Shown here: piece by piece, positions 1 to 11,285 of the stretch | How the letters are laid out: the number at the start of each line of letters is the position of its first letter | How positions within the stretch are numbered: position 1 is the stretch's first letter | Source of the DNA: Felis catus | Taxonomy: Eukaryota | Assembly: GCF_018350175.1 (NCBI RefSeq) | Contig: NC_058381.1 | Coordinates: 39,990,001 to 40,054,000 of the forward strand | Direction: 5' to 3' | Length of the DNA stretch: 64,000 nucleotides | The notes under the pieces: generated by a model | The model's database searches: none | What the model was told of the DNA's origin: nothing | Seen by the model: only the letters and a program-made list of their open reading frames with translations | Position numbers and translations under genes: made by a program

Positions 1-164
1 GGCTGAGGTCATTGATCCCATGGAAAGTCATGATTCGTGACACAGTTTGCAGACCTTAAGTTACACTTTTCACAGACCTGGAAACCATTAACACAAAGAT
101 AGAGATGGCTAAGATGAGGTCCTCTCTAGACTGAAGACCATAGGAAGTGTACATCATAGAATTT

Positions 165-760
165 TTAGTCCTTGCCCAAGGAATCTACAGCCATTGTCTC
201 AGAACAAGCTGAAATACTCATGTTTGCAGGCTGTTGGACATGGGATCTGAGTTGAACTCATTGCTGGATACCCAGAATCCTTCATGACCCCTATTTGAAT
301 ACACTGATCTAGATGTTAAAGGAGAAGTTTCCCCACTACCTTCATCCCAATGATCCCCTGGGAGAGGGGGGGATTTGTGCCTCCTTCTACGATAATGGTA
401 GGCTGTGTGCCTCTAGAGGTCTCAGGTCTAAGACAGGAAAGCTCATTGGAAGGCACGTGGGTAGTTCTGATTGGAAGTAAAATTCTGGCTGCCACCTCAT
501 CCCTTTGGGTTTCTAGTGCCAGGAAGGCAGCAGTCAACGTTAGGAGCTACAGGGGCCACAGGGAATATTTTTAGCATTCAGGTGATCTGCAGGGACATTT
601 GTGGCATTCCTATTCCCGGCATTCACTGCAGATGGGCAAATAGTATAGCCTAAAGAGGACACACGAACCAGGGGTTCAAGACTCTCAGGAATGGGGAACT
701 TGGTACTGAACCGGGCAAGTCAGCTAAAGGAGCGCTGAAGCTGCCCATTAACTCTCATCT
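165..760 (+). mobile_element. Possible degenerate ERVL/MaLR internal-sequence remnant
   Basis: 231-260 reads L-L-D-M-G-S-E-L, resembling the ERVL protease motif LLDTGSEL. 677-750 (AGACTCTCAGGAATG...) resembles the ERVL/MaLR-int 3' region. Recognised by eye only; no open ORF. Confidence 0.3.
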
Positions 761-2122
761 TCTAGGTTTTTATAGAAACTGTGGCAAACTACCTGGAGCA
801 AGGTTACTGAGAGAAATGCATAGATATGGGCAGAACCAGGAGTAGGTTCTGATATCCCATTCTGATTCTCTTTGCCATACATGCCCTCACCCACAAGGTA
901 GTTGAGTGTGGGCTATGCATGGTTCACACTGATCATGCACTATCTGCAGGTAACTGTCTCAGGCTCTGGGGTGGGGGACACCAGGAGTTCTTGCTCTCCA
1001 TCCTTTCCACTCACCAAAGGATGTTGACGTAGGAGCACAAAGGCCCAGGCGCTTTTTCCACTAAGATGAGCAAGCCTGTGGCCCAGTACACACCCCTCAT
1101 GTGTGGGTCAGAATACAGGGGCGGAGTTGAACTGAAAGCACCCTTTGTCTTAGCTTCTTTTACTACCCTGTGCTGACTCCGCTTTGCACTGGGTCTCCTG
1201 AGAGCACCTCCTTCCTTATGCAGTACTTATGCAGGAATACCCGTTGTAGGCTCTGGTGTTTTGAATGCAACGTGAGAATCGCATTTTGGTGTGGTCCGTC
1301 TCAAGCATAGCCTCCTTGAGAGAGACACTTCCTAACATGGTGAGCTGTTTTATTCGTGGGCGTGTCTGCGGTCCTTTGGAATATATGATCTTCCAAGAAT
1401 TGGACACAGGAAGTCTAAAACCAAGTGTGCACAAACTGTGAGAAGAAACAACATCCTATGAAAAGATTCAGTGGTTCAGCGGAGAATGAGGTCGAGAGCC
1501 CACAGTGTCACCCAGTGACCGTTCATATCATAGGGAAATGTTTGAAGGCACTGTTACTGAGACTTGGAACCCTGGTGTCAGGTCGGCCTCAGGGTCGGAG
1601 CTCAAAACAGAGGCTTGAGACCAAGTAGATTGTCCGGGAGGTGGTCCCAAGTAGTGCTCTAGGGATACTGTGAAGTGATCCAGGGAAGGGTGGAAACCAA
1701 TCCAGGTTGATTTCAAGAGCAGGTGAGTCCTGTGGGCATCGGGGGTTCGTTCAGTGCTACTGAGGCCCTCTGGTCTCACATGTCCCACTAGAGGGGATAG
1801 AGGCTAGAGCACTTATCCACCAACTACTGGCCACCTTGAACGCTTCTCCCAGGCACTTGCCTTCCCTGCTCTGTCCTGTGATATACGTTCCTTCACGTAG
1901 ACCGAGCCCTCCACAGAGAGTTCCAGGTGCTTGCTGCAAGCCACCATCCTACACTGTTAGCGTGGGAAGCGCCGAGGTGATAGAAGTGAAAGTCCTGAAA
2001 TCGCCTGCTATGATCTGCTCGTTGTGCAGAGAATAGTAGAAGACCTGACAGCTAAGGGTGACCATTGAAGAAGGAAAAAGAATGAGACACGATTTCTTAT
2101 ATTTATGCCTGGAAAATCAAGA

Positions 2123-2128
2123 TTTATT
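2123..2128 (-). terminator. Polyadenylation signal (AATAAA) of the first KRTAP4-like gene
   Basis: TTTATT on the plus strand, ~330 bp downstream of the stop, a typical distance for a KRTAP 3' UTR. Confidence 0.6.
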
Positions 2129-2458
2129 TGACGTACAGAAACATCTCCATATCAGAAAATCTGGCAGTAGCTGATACATCAATCAGAGTGGCACGTTAAC
2201 CTATATCAGATAATACAATCTTTGTAGTGATTTGCGGTGGAGTTAGTAACAAGGAGGTGAGGAGGGAGTGGGCGGTAGGGAGGTATATTCCAAGGCCAAC
2301 CAGTTGAAAAATCACTGGGAACTGAGGTTTTACAGTTGGCCTCACATGATTCAGCTCCCAGTTGGATGACATGAAGGAGATTGGCTGATGAAAGCAGGTC
2401 AGGGCACTCAGCAGCAGCAAGAGCCACCAGAGCAGGTTGGTGGGTGGTGGCAGGGGGT

Positions 2459-3055
2459 CTAGCAACAGCTGGGGCGGCAGCAGCTGGACACACAGCAGGT
2501 GGGGCGGCAGCAGGTGGTCCGGCAGCAGGTGGTCTGGCAGCAGGTGGGGCGGCAGCAAGGCTGGCAGCAGCTGGAGCCACAGCAATTCGAGCCACAGCCG
2601 CTGGAACCCCCACAGCAGGGGCGGCAGCAGCTGGACACACAGCAGGTGGGGCGGCAGCAGGTGGTCCGGCAGCAGGTGGTCTGGCAGCAGGTGGGGCGGC
2701 AGCAGGGCTGGCAGCAGCTGGAGCCACAGCAGCTGGAACCCCCACAGCAAGGCCGGCAGCAGCTAGAGATGCAGCAGCTGGGCCTGCAGCAGCTGGAACC
2801 ACAGCAGCTGGGGCGGCAGCAAGTGGTCCTGCAGCAGGTGGTCTGGCAGCAGGTGGGGCGGCAGCAAGGCTGGCAGCAGCTGGAGCCACAGCAGCTGGAA
2901 CCCCCACAGCAGGGGCGGCAGCAGCTGGAGCCACAGCAGCTGGGGCGACAGCAGGTGGTCCTGCAGCAGGTGGTCTGGCAGCAGCTGGGGCGGCAACAAG
3001 TCTCCTGGCCACAGCCCTGGTCAGAGCAGACGGAGCCACAACACGAGTTGACCAT
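2459..3055 (-). CDS. KRTAP4: Keratin-associated protein, KRTAP4 family (ultra-high-sulfur), 198 aa, single exon; ends at a probably premature TAG
   Basis: ATG at 3055 in context GACACCATGG gives [31 protein letters not shown], the KRTAP4 N-terminal signature, followed by CCXPX/CCXTT pentapeptide repeats. The ORF track's upstream start at 3133 is not the real start. Family-level symbol only. Confidence 0.93.
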   Translation of the reverse strand: MVNSCCGSVCSDQGCGQETCCRPSCCQTTCCRTTCCRPSCCGSSCCRPCCGGSSCCGSSCCQPCCRPTCCQTTCCRTTCCRPSCCGSSCCRPSCCISSCCRPCCGGSSCCGSSCCQPCCRPTCCQTTCCRTTCCRPTCCVSSCCRPCCGGSSGCGSNCCGSSCCQPCCRPTCCQTTCCRTTCCRPTCCVSSCCRPSCC

Positions 3056-3133
3056 GGTGTCAGAGGGAGGTTTTGGGTGGGTTTCCAGGAAGGTGGGTTT
3101 GGAAGTTTTGAACTTCTGCTTCCCCAAGGTCAC

Positions 3134-3141
3134 CTTTTATA
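3134..3141 (-). promoter_or_regulatory. TATA box (TATAAAAG) of the first KRTAP4-like gene
   Basis: CTTTTATA on the plus strand, ~80 bp upstream of the ATG. Confidence 0.75.
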
Positions 3142-3859
3142 CCTTGCTTGGTGGCCAGTGTCTCACATGCAACACTCTTTTCTTTTCATTGTTTGTCCTA
3201 ATAGTAGCCAATTATCTAATTAGCCAGTTTTCATTTTCAGGTTAAGGTTTTCAAGATAGATGGATAACATGATTTAATTTTCCTGATACATGACTCATCC
3301 CATCTGCTTTTCCTGAATCATCTTTAATGTGTTTGTCTTGCTTTAGCTACCTAAAAGAAAGCTGTCACCTGATTTCTGTCTAGAGGTATATGTGTTTATC
3401 TAATTGTGCTTAGCAAATCATATGTACTCTTGGGAGATAATGGTTCTTAGACGCCCACATTTGTTTTGGTGACCTGGGAATATCAGGGTGCATTTCGGTC
3501 TGATGACCCATTCATAGTGGGTCATTTATGCTGGGAACTTTTGAGTGTGGATTAGGGGATCACTGTCATGAGGATAAGAATCTTAGGACACACCTCCTCC
3601 CCATTGTGATCATGCCCCATTATCTAGACTTCCTGCTTGGAAATAAATAACTTTTCTAAAAAGTAAAACAAGGTCACAAATTTTGATATATCTTGTTTTC
3701 CCTCAGGTCTATCAAGGCATACTTAAAATACAAAAAATTCCACATGGTCAATGTTTCCATTTTGTTGAGTTTGGATATATGCCTAGACCCATAATACCAA
3801 CACCACAATTGAGGTAATAAATATTTTCTGTCATTGCCCAAAGATTTATTTGTCATCAT

Positions 3860-4560
3860 GCTCTGCATGTTATGTGTGGTAAGAACACTTAGCATGAGAT
3901 CTACCCTCTTAACAAGTTTGTCAGTGCACCCTGTTGTATTGTGAGCTATATGTACATTGTTGTTCTGTAAATCTCTAAAGCTTACTCATCCTGTATAAGT
4001 ATAATTTTATATTCATTAAACAACTACCTATTTCCTCTTCCTCCCTGGAAACCACCATTGTACTCTCTGCTCCTATGGACTTGATGATTTTATGTGTAAT
4101 CATGCAGTATTTACTTGTCCTTCTGTGACTTACTTCACTTAGCCTAATGTCTTCTAGGTCCATCCATATTGCTGCAAATAATGGGATTTCCTTATTTTTA
4201 TAAGGGTGATGATATTCCATTATGTGGCTATTTCATATTTTTTAAATCCATTTGTCTGTCAGTGGACATATGGGTTATTTCCATATCTTCACTATTGTAA
4301 ATAATGCTGTAATAAACATGGGAGTGCAGATACCTCCTCAAGATCCTGATTTCACTTCTTTCAGATATATACCCAAAAGTAGGGTTGCTGATTTATACAG
4401 TAGTTCTATTTTTCATTTTTTAGGAACCTCTATACTGTTTCCCTTAGTGGCTGCGCCATTTTACATCCCAACAGCATTAAAGCGTTCTAATTTCTCCACA
4501 TCCTCACCAATACTTGCTATCTTTGGTGGGGTGTTACAGATGTGAGGTGGTATTTCATTT
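3860..4560 (-). mobile_element. LINE-1 3' fragment (old)
   Basis: Typical antisense L1 3'-region text (AGAACACTTAGCATGAGATCTACCCTCTT..., GTCCATCCATATTGCTGCAAAT..., CATGGGAGTGCAGATACCTC..., TTCTCCACATCCTCACCAATACTTG). Boundaries approximate. Confidence 0.8.
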
Positions 4561-5049
4561 TTCTCCACAAACAAACCTCCAGAACTCAGCTTTAGGGCTT
4601 CTTAGGGGAAGACAGCTGCAGAGATAGAAGCCCTCTATCTACCTGTATCATAAGGTTCAAGTACCTTAACTTCTGCTTTGTTGGGCTGACCTTTCTTCTG
4701 ACTTTGACTTCTTGTTTTTCTGTCTTTGTCAGGGTATGTTGACTTATCTCTGTTTCCAAGATTTACTTGTCAATACAAGTTAGGTTGCCCAGTGTCCTTG
4801 CCTTTTACTGTAATTCATATCTTACCATCTTGCTGTCTCTTTAAATTGCTGGGCTCTGAAGATACCCTATATTTTTCTGCTTCATTACTTAAATTGTTGA
4901 TCAGATTTCACTTTCTAGGTCTTTATTTCCAAGAAAGGAGACATAAAATGAATATCCAGGTCAGACAACACCAACCTATTTATTCATAGTGGGATGGAGT
5001 AAAAGCTTAAAGGTTACAAAATTCCCAACCAAATGACTAGCAGACTAGT

Positions 5050-6000
5050 GTTTCAAAAACAATAGGGGCACTGCCAGTTCATCAGCTGGCTCTTCAAATA
5101 CATTTTCCCCATGGAGAACAAGGGAACCCAGAGAATGAGGAGAACACTGGAAAACCTTGTCTTTGAATTACATTCTTCCAAATATATGTCATTTTCAACT
5201 TTAGGATGGTTTTTGAGTAGTCATTCCATTCTTGGACTGGTCTTTCTGAAAACAGAACCATGGACATCTCAACTTTGTTGAGTCTTTCCGTAAAATATGT
5301 TTATCAAATCATGAAGTTGGGAAAGATTGAATATATTGAATGCCAGAATCATGATTCCAAGTGACTTGGACGTCCTAGCATAAGAAGCAAAATCTAGCAC
5401 AAGGAAATCTCCGAGCCTTTCTTAGATCTAAAAGAGTAGTTACCAATGCAACATGGCACATGGGATCGAGGAGGAGTAAATACATCTAAACTTCTTGGGA
5501 GAATTTATTTGAACTGCCTACATATTCTAAGGTTGTATGTACCCTTAGCAGCTCTTCCTTGGGTATAATATTATTACCAGAATGAGCCATGTTACTAGTG
5601 GTATTGGGTAGCAAAAGAGATTCAGAATTGCTGCTCTTCAGATAACCACTGGACATCTATAAGCATAGCTTGAAGCAGTTTGTAATGAAAAAGACATAGG
5701 TGTTTACATGATATTGTAACCTCAGTAGAAGTCCACATTTAGTGCCATTAAACGCTGAATGCAGACATTAATACATTAACGCAAGTGTGGTATTTTAAAA
5801 GGAAGAAGACACAGTTCTACTCCTTTCTGAGCATTCAGAACACATCTGAAAATGTGTTCAGTTCTTGCCTACATTTAGAATAATAGAGATAAATTGCGGT
5901 ATATTAAAAGCAAAATTGCTAAGATGGTGACATCGTGATCAATGAAGAGCAGGTGAAAAAACTTGGGAAAATTAACCTAAAGAAAAGAAAAGTGGAGCAA
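5050..6000 (+). mobile_element. Ancient L3/CR1 LINE remnant
   Basis: 5830-5930 (CATTCAGAACACATCTGAAAATGTGTTCAGTTCTTG...AAGATGGTGA) resembles the CR1/L3 ORF2 3' consensus. Heavily decayed; extent uncertain. Confidence 0.45.
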
Positions 6001-6379
6001 AGGCATGGGTGTGCAGCATGGAGGAGCTGTATGTGAGAGATTGGACTTGCCCCAAATGGATGTCATGGGCTGATACAGGATAAGTGGGTGGCTCATAGAG
6101 AAAAAAAAATTATACTCACCATAAAGTTTTATGGAATGGCTTCCTCCATACATAGCAGGGGGGCTTAAGTGTAAGCTGGTGTTGCAGAGGAAGACTCGTG
6201 AACCAGATGGAGGAGATTGGGTGAAATGACTTTGAGGATTCCTTTCTACCATAAGGGACCTATAAGTCTAATCAATCAAATTTTTTACGGTGCTTCTTTT
6301 TTTTTTTTTTCGTGGCCATTATGCCCTGGCCCTAATTTCCAAGTTGACACAACCAAGCTAAAAACCTAGGCTCACACAT

Positions 6380-6585
6380 ACAAGTGCACCTAAAACTGGT
6401 AAAATCTGAACAAGTTCTGTAGATTGTGCTAATGTTCGTTTCTGAGTTTTGGTGTGTACTATAATTCTATAAGAAGTGACCATTGGGGGAAATTGGATAG
6501 AGAGTACCCAGAATTTTGCTGTACTGTTTTCCAACTTATTGTGAACCTATAGTTATTTCAAAATAAAATGTAAAATAAAGCTCAG
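6380..6585 (+). mobile_element. Old L1M 3' end fragment
   Basis: Ends ...TGTACTGTTTTCCAACTTATTGTGAACCTATAGTTATTTCAAAATAAAATGTAAAA, a typical L1MB/L1MC terminus. Confidence 0.55.
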
Positions 6586-6839
6586 CGGGGGTTAAAGGGA
6601 GCATACTTTTATTTGTCTACCATGTACCTTTATTTCATTCATTAAATCTTTGTCACAACTGTCTTTTTTCCTTCAATCAATAAAATATATATTTGAGAAA
6701 TGAAGAGATTCTTGTAGGTATGAGATAAAATTTGAAAATTCTAGTTTGCTGCCTTGAAGTCAGACACATAGAGTTTTAAAAAATGTTTTAAAAAATTTTA
6801 AAACAAGTGTAAGAACACTTAAGTGTATCTTAAGTGTAA

Positions 6840-7666
6840 GAACACTTAAGATATACCTTCTTAGAAAATTTTAAGTATATAAGACAGTATTGTCAGCTGT
6901 CAGCACTATGCTATATAGTAGATATCCAGAAGTTACTTATCTTGCATAACTGAAACTTTGTACTCTGACCAGCATCTTCCCATTTATTCCTTTCCTCAGC
7001 CCCTGGCATCACCATTCTGCTCCCTGCTTCTATTTGATTATTGAGTTTGATTATTTTATGCATGTAAGATCATGCAGTATTTGTCTTTCTGTATTTGACT
7101 TATTTCATTTAGCATAATGTCCTCCAAGTCCACCCATGTTGCAAATGGCAGGATTTCCTCCTTTTAAAGCTGAATAATACTCCATTCTATATATACACTT
7201 TCTGTTCATCTGTAGGTGAATGCTTAGGTTGTTTCCATATCTTGGCTATTGTGAATATTATTGCCATAAACATTGGAGTACAGGTATTCCTCTGAGGTTC
7301 TGATTTCAATTACTTTGGATACATACTCAGAAATGGGATTGCTGGATTGTATGGTAGTTCTGTTTTTTAATTTTTTAATTTTTTAATGTTTATTTATTTT
7401 TGAGAGAGAGAGCAGAGGAGGGGCAAAGAGAGAGGGAGACACAGAATCTGAAGCAGGCTCTAGACTCTTAGCTGTCAGCACAGAGACCAATGAGGGGCTC
7501 AAACTCACAAACCACAAGATCATGACCTGAGCTGAAGTCAGATGCCTGACCAACTGAGCCACCTAGGAGCCCCTGTTTTTTAATTTTTGAGGAACCTCCA
7601 TATTGTTTTCCATTATAGCTGTACCAACTTAACATTTTCACCTACAGTGTACCAGAATTCCCTTTT
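6840..7666 (-). mobile_element. LINE-1 3' fragment interrupted by a CAN-SINE, running into an N block
   Basis: Antisense L1 3'-region text resumes after the SINE (TTTTAATTTTTGAGGAACCTCCATATTGTTTTCC). Confidence 0.8.
7375..7573 (-). mobile_element. CAN-SINE nested in L1
   Basis: Antisense tRNA-derived head (...CAACTGAGCCACCTAGGAGCCCC), (GA)n tract, T-rich tail; approximate TSD CTGTTTTT(T)AATTTTT. Confidence 0.9.
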
Positions 7667-7798
7667 NNNNNNNNNNNNNNNNNNNNNNNNNNNNNNNNNN
7701 NNNNNNNNNNNNNNNNNNNNNNNNNNNNNNNNNNNNNNNNNNNNNNNNNNNNNNNNNNNNNNNNNNNNNNNNNNNNNNNNNNNNNNNNNNNNNNNNNN
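7667..7798. other. N block (132 nt)
   Basis: Run of N in the sequence. Confidence 0.97.
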
Positions 7799-8271
7799 GT
7801 GTGTATCATCATCCTTTCTTTGGAGAAAAGCAGTCCTAAATTGAGAGTTTAAGTAACATGTCCAAGGCCACAGTTAGTATGTGGTACAGTCAAAATTCAG
7901 ACCTAAGTCTAATTCCCAAGTCCGTGGGCTATCTACACTGAGCTGCCTCTGTTTAAATTGGTTTAAATAAATTCATGGATTATAGTTTTCTAAGGACTCT
8001 TTTTTGTTGGCAGTTGTAATCCATAGCTCTCATGTTATATGTATTAGGCTCAAAGATGCCTCCCTTTAAACCTTTTCTTGTTTCTGCTAACACTTAATTG
8101 TGACCTGGATAAAAATCTCATTGGTGAGTACCAGTTTAATTTTTCTGTTGTAGGGTCCCCTGAGAATATGTGCTCCTATGTCACATGAAAAAGAGTAATA
8201 TGCATTGAACATTTCATTAATAAGAAATAATGAGAGATGAGCAATATCAGTGCCTTCCAATACTAAAAAGT

Positions 8272-8277
8272 TTTATT
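8272..8277 (-). terminator. Polyadenylation signal of the second KRTAP4-like gene
   Basis: TTTATT on the plus strand ~345 bp downstream of the stop. Confidence 0.5.
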
Positions 8278-8620
8278 TGGGAGCCTCAAGAAATTCCACA
8301 TGAACATAGATTCCATTGAGAAACATTGGAAAGAAAAAAAACCTAGAAGAGGAACATTTAAAGACTTTTATATTTAGAATCAGAATTAGAAATTCTGAAA
8401 AATCAGCTGCATAATCTGACCATAAATTCTGATTCATTTGGCAATAAGGTATTTCTACATAAGAGAATAAGTGACATAGAGACCAGAGGTTTCCAGATCA
8501 GTCCATGGGTCTGTTTGTAAGTTCATGACATCAGGAAGTGCCATGTGTTTTGTTAAATTAGATGCTTTCTTCCTGGACTGAAGGATGGGGGCAAGGAGGT
8601 TCCAGTCCAGAGCAGGATGT

Positions 8621-8839
8621 TCAGCAGCAAGAACTGCCATAGCAGCTGGGGCGGCAGCAGGTGCAGGTGGTCTGGCAGCAAGAGGGGTGGCAACAGCTGG
8701 ACACACAGCAGCTGGGGCAACAGTAGGTGGTCCTGCAGTGTGTGGTCTGACAGCAGCTGGGGCAGCAACAAGTCTCCTGGCAGAGGCCTTGGCCACAGCT
8801 CTGGTCAGAGCAGATGGAGCCACAACAGGAGTTGACCAT
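8621..8839 (-). CDS. KRTAP4: Short KRTAP4-family protein, 72 aa (open frame; promoter possibly impaired)
   Basis: [25 protein letters not shown]...SCYGSSCC*; context GACACCATGG; native GSSCC-stop ending. Family-level symbol only. Confidence 0.8.
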   Translation of the reverse strand: MVNSCCGSICSDQSCGQGLCQETCCCPSCCQTTHCRTTYCCPSCCVSSCCHPSCCQTTCTCCRPSCYGSSCC

Positions 8840-9539
8840 GGTGTCAGAGGGCAGAGGCTCTGGTTGGGTTTCCAGAAGAGTGTATTCCTTGAATCTAGAA
8901 GACTTCTTGCTCCAGGCCCCCTTTTACACCCTTTTACACCCCTTTTACATCCATGGACCTCTTTCCATGTTACTGTTTACCCTAACAAGTAAGCAATCAT
9001 TTAATTAGGTAATTACATTTTCCAAGTTGGATGGAAAACATTGTTTCTTTTGCCTGATTAGGATTTATCCCATTATCTCCTCCCCTGTCACATCTTGGCT
9101 GTCTTCCTTTGTATGAATCATCTTGGCTCAGATTCTAAGCTGAATATGTTGACTCTCTCTCCATCTGCTCTTTCCTCCTGAATCATCCCTGGTAATTCTG
9201 TCCTTGTAGGCACCATCTATGTTTACAGATAGAGAAGCTTCTTCCAGAGAGCAGTTGTCATGGTGAACCTTGACATGGAGTAGTCCAGGTTTCGCTCTTC
9301 CTCATCTGTGGGTCTTATCATGCCTGCAATTTTTGCAGCATTTCTTATGGAAAAAAGATTTAATCATAGGTTAAATCCAGATGTAAGAAAATCTCAGAAG
9401 AATGGAATCTTAACCTGAGAAGTCAAAGTAAAATCCATCAGTGTGGTCAGTTGTTAGCAAAAACAGTTGTGGGCACATGCAGAATTCTCAAGATACTCAG
9501 ACTGTGTTCTAATCCCATTTCCTGGACTTGCTGTTTTTA

Positions 9540-9758
9540 TTTTTTTCAACTTTTTTTTTTTTTTTTTTTTTTTGGGACAGAGAGAGACAGAGCATGAACG
9601 GGGGAGGGGCAGAGAGAGAGGGAGACACAGAATCGGAAACAGGCTCCAGGCTCCGAGCCATCAGCCCAGAGCCTGACGCGGGGCTCGAACTCACGGACCG
9701 TGAGATCGTGACCTGGCTGAAGTCGGACGCTTAACCGACTGCGCCACCCAGGCGCCCC
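9540..9758 (-). mobile_element. Young felid-type CAN-SINE (SINEC_Fc-like)
   Basis: CpG-intact head GGGGCGCCTGGGTGGCGCAGTCGGTTAAGCGTCCGACTTCAGCCAGGTCACGATC, a 23-nt pure A tail, and a perfect 17-bp TSD TGGACTTGCTGTTTTTA at 9523-9539 and 9760-9776. Confidence 0.95.
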
Positions 9759-10063
9759 ATGGACTTGCTGTTTTTAAAGAACAAATATGTATCTGGAATG
9801 GACATATAGCCCTTCAGGAATCACCACCACTAGAATTGATAACAGAACCTAATATATGCAAAAAAATTTATATTTATATACAAAATAGAATATACAGTAT
9901 AGCCCCAATTATGTAAAAACATAGAGAAATATTGAAATTATTACAAATATTAATTTTATTAACATTTAATTACAGAAATTAAAAATGATATTAACAGTAT
10001 TTCTGGTTGGTGGACTTACGGAAACTGTTAATTTTCTCCTTGACACTTTTATCTTCTACTTTG

Positions 10064-10274
10064 NNNNNNNNNNNNNNNNNNNNNNNNNNNNNNNNNNNNN
10101 NNNNNNNNNNNNNNNNNNNNNNNNNNNNNNNNNNNNNNNNNNNNNNNNNNNNNNNNNNNNNNNNNNNNNNNNNNNNNNNNNNNNNNNNNNNNNNNNNNNN
10201 NNNNNNNNNNNNNNNNNNNNNNNNNNNNNNNNNNNNNNNNNNNNNNNNNNNNNNNNNNNNNNNNNNNNNNNNNN
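10064..10274. other. N block (211 nt)
   Basis: Run of N in the sequence. Confidence 0.97.
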
Positions 10275-10347
10275 ACATCACTATTTAGAGATCTCTAATG
10301 TGACCCTCTAGGACTGGGGGTTGGAAGATACCAGATCAGGATGATGC

Positions 10348-11000
10348 TGTCAGGGAGGAAGAATTTCCTTTTCCCCTCAAGGTCCTTCTAGCTGGACTAA
10401 GAAACAAGTTGACAGAGGCACCTGGGTGGCTCATTCGGTTAAGCTTCTCACTCTTGGTTTCAGCTCAGGTCATGATCTTACACTTTCATGTGTTCGAGCC
10501 CCAACATGGGCTCTGCACTGGCAGTGCAGAGCCAACTTGAGATTCAGTATCCCTCTCTCTCTGCCCCTCCCCCACTTGTGTTGTCTCTGTCTCTCTCAAA
10601 ATAAAAATTAAAAAAAAAATTTGTTTGAAAAGAAACAAGTTGACATGAAACAGATTAACAGGAGAAAATTAATTTTAACAGCATACATCTGGGGACACTG
10701 AAATTCCAAAGATCATGAGGCAGCATGATGCTTCTATGAGCTAAGGAGAAGGGTGGGAGTCTGAGGATACAAATGGGGAAAAGACCATTATCTGGAAGGT
10801 GAGAGATGTTTAAAAAGCAAAGTTGCCCTATTATGTTGATAAGCTTCTTAGCTATCTTCGTTAATAATTCTCTTCCTGATAAAAGCAGGCAGTTGAGGGG
10901 AGGTAAAGAGTGTTTCCTGAATCTGCTGGTTTTTGATTGGTTTTAACTCAAGGTTCATGCCAAAGTGGCCCCTTTGGGGGCAGTCTGCCCTCAGCACCTA
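10348..11000. mobile_element. Probable solo LTR (ERV), split by a SINE
   Basis: Starts TGTCAGGGAGGAAG; contains CAGATTAACAGGAGAAAA and ...GCCAAAGTGGCCCCTTTGGGG, motifs I recall from mammalian ERV LTRs. Family not determined. Confidence 0.45.
10415..10629 (+). mobile_element. CAN-SINE
   Basis: GAGGCACCTGGGTGGCTCATTCGGTTAAG head, (CT)n, A tail; 16-bp TSD AAGAAACAAGTTGACA at 10399-10414 and 10630-10645. Confidence 0.93.
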
Positions 11001-11029
11001 TACTTCTCAATATCATCCAGGTCTCAGCT

Positions 11030-11285
11030 CAAATCATCCCCTTCACAAGAGAAACCACCTCTGACCTCACAATCGCAAGGATTTCTCAGTCCCTTTCATC
11101 ATATTGTACTCTTTGTGTTTCACTTGTCTTCCTAGAACTTACCTTTATTTGAAAGCACAATCATGTGCTTATTGTCATGTGTTGCCCTCTAGAATATCAA
11201 CTCTTGGTATTACATTCTCAGTAGCTTGAATATTGCTCTGATATATAGTAAGCATTCAGTAAGTATTTGCTGAATGAATGAATAA
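11030..11285. mobile_element. L2 3'-end fragment
   Basis: Ends with CATTCAGTAAGTATTTGCTGAATGAATGAAT, a typical L2 terminus. Confidence 0.5.

Noticed and set aside
1200-2040. Moderately GC-rich non-repetitive stretch with several 60-86 aa ORFs
   Set aside because: No family, splice structure or repeat I can recognise; ORFs of this size are expected by chance.
3056-3133. 26-aa N-terminal extension of the KRTAP4 ORF shown in the ORF track
   Set aside because: It begins at a non-ATG codon right next to the TATA box, so at or before the expected transcription start; the family start is MVNSCC at 3055.
2196-3245. Long Ala-rich, Gln-rich and Leu/Pro-rich ORFs (184-280 aa) overlapping the first KRTAP gene, and equivalents over every array gene
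   Set aside because: These are alternative-frame and antisense shadows of TGC/CAG-rich repeats, which lack stops in several frames; no independent promoter or homology evidence.
6805-6850. Short direct duplication AAGTGTAAGAACACTTAAG with a 12-bp palindrome ACACTTAAGTGT
   Set aside because: A small local duplication at the edge of an old L1 fragment; no sign of function.
9540-9758. tRNA-like A/B-box sequence in SINE heads
   Set aside because: These are tRNA-derived CAN-SINE heads with (CT)n and poly-A tails and TSDs, not tRNA genes.
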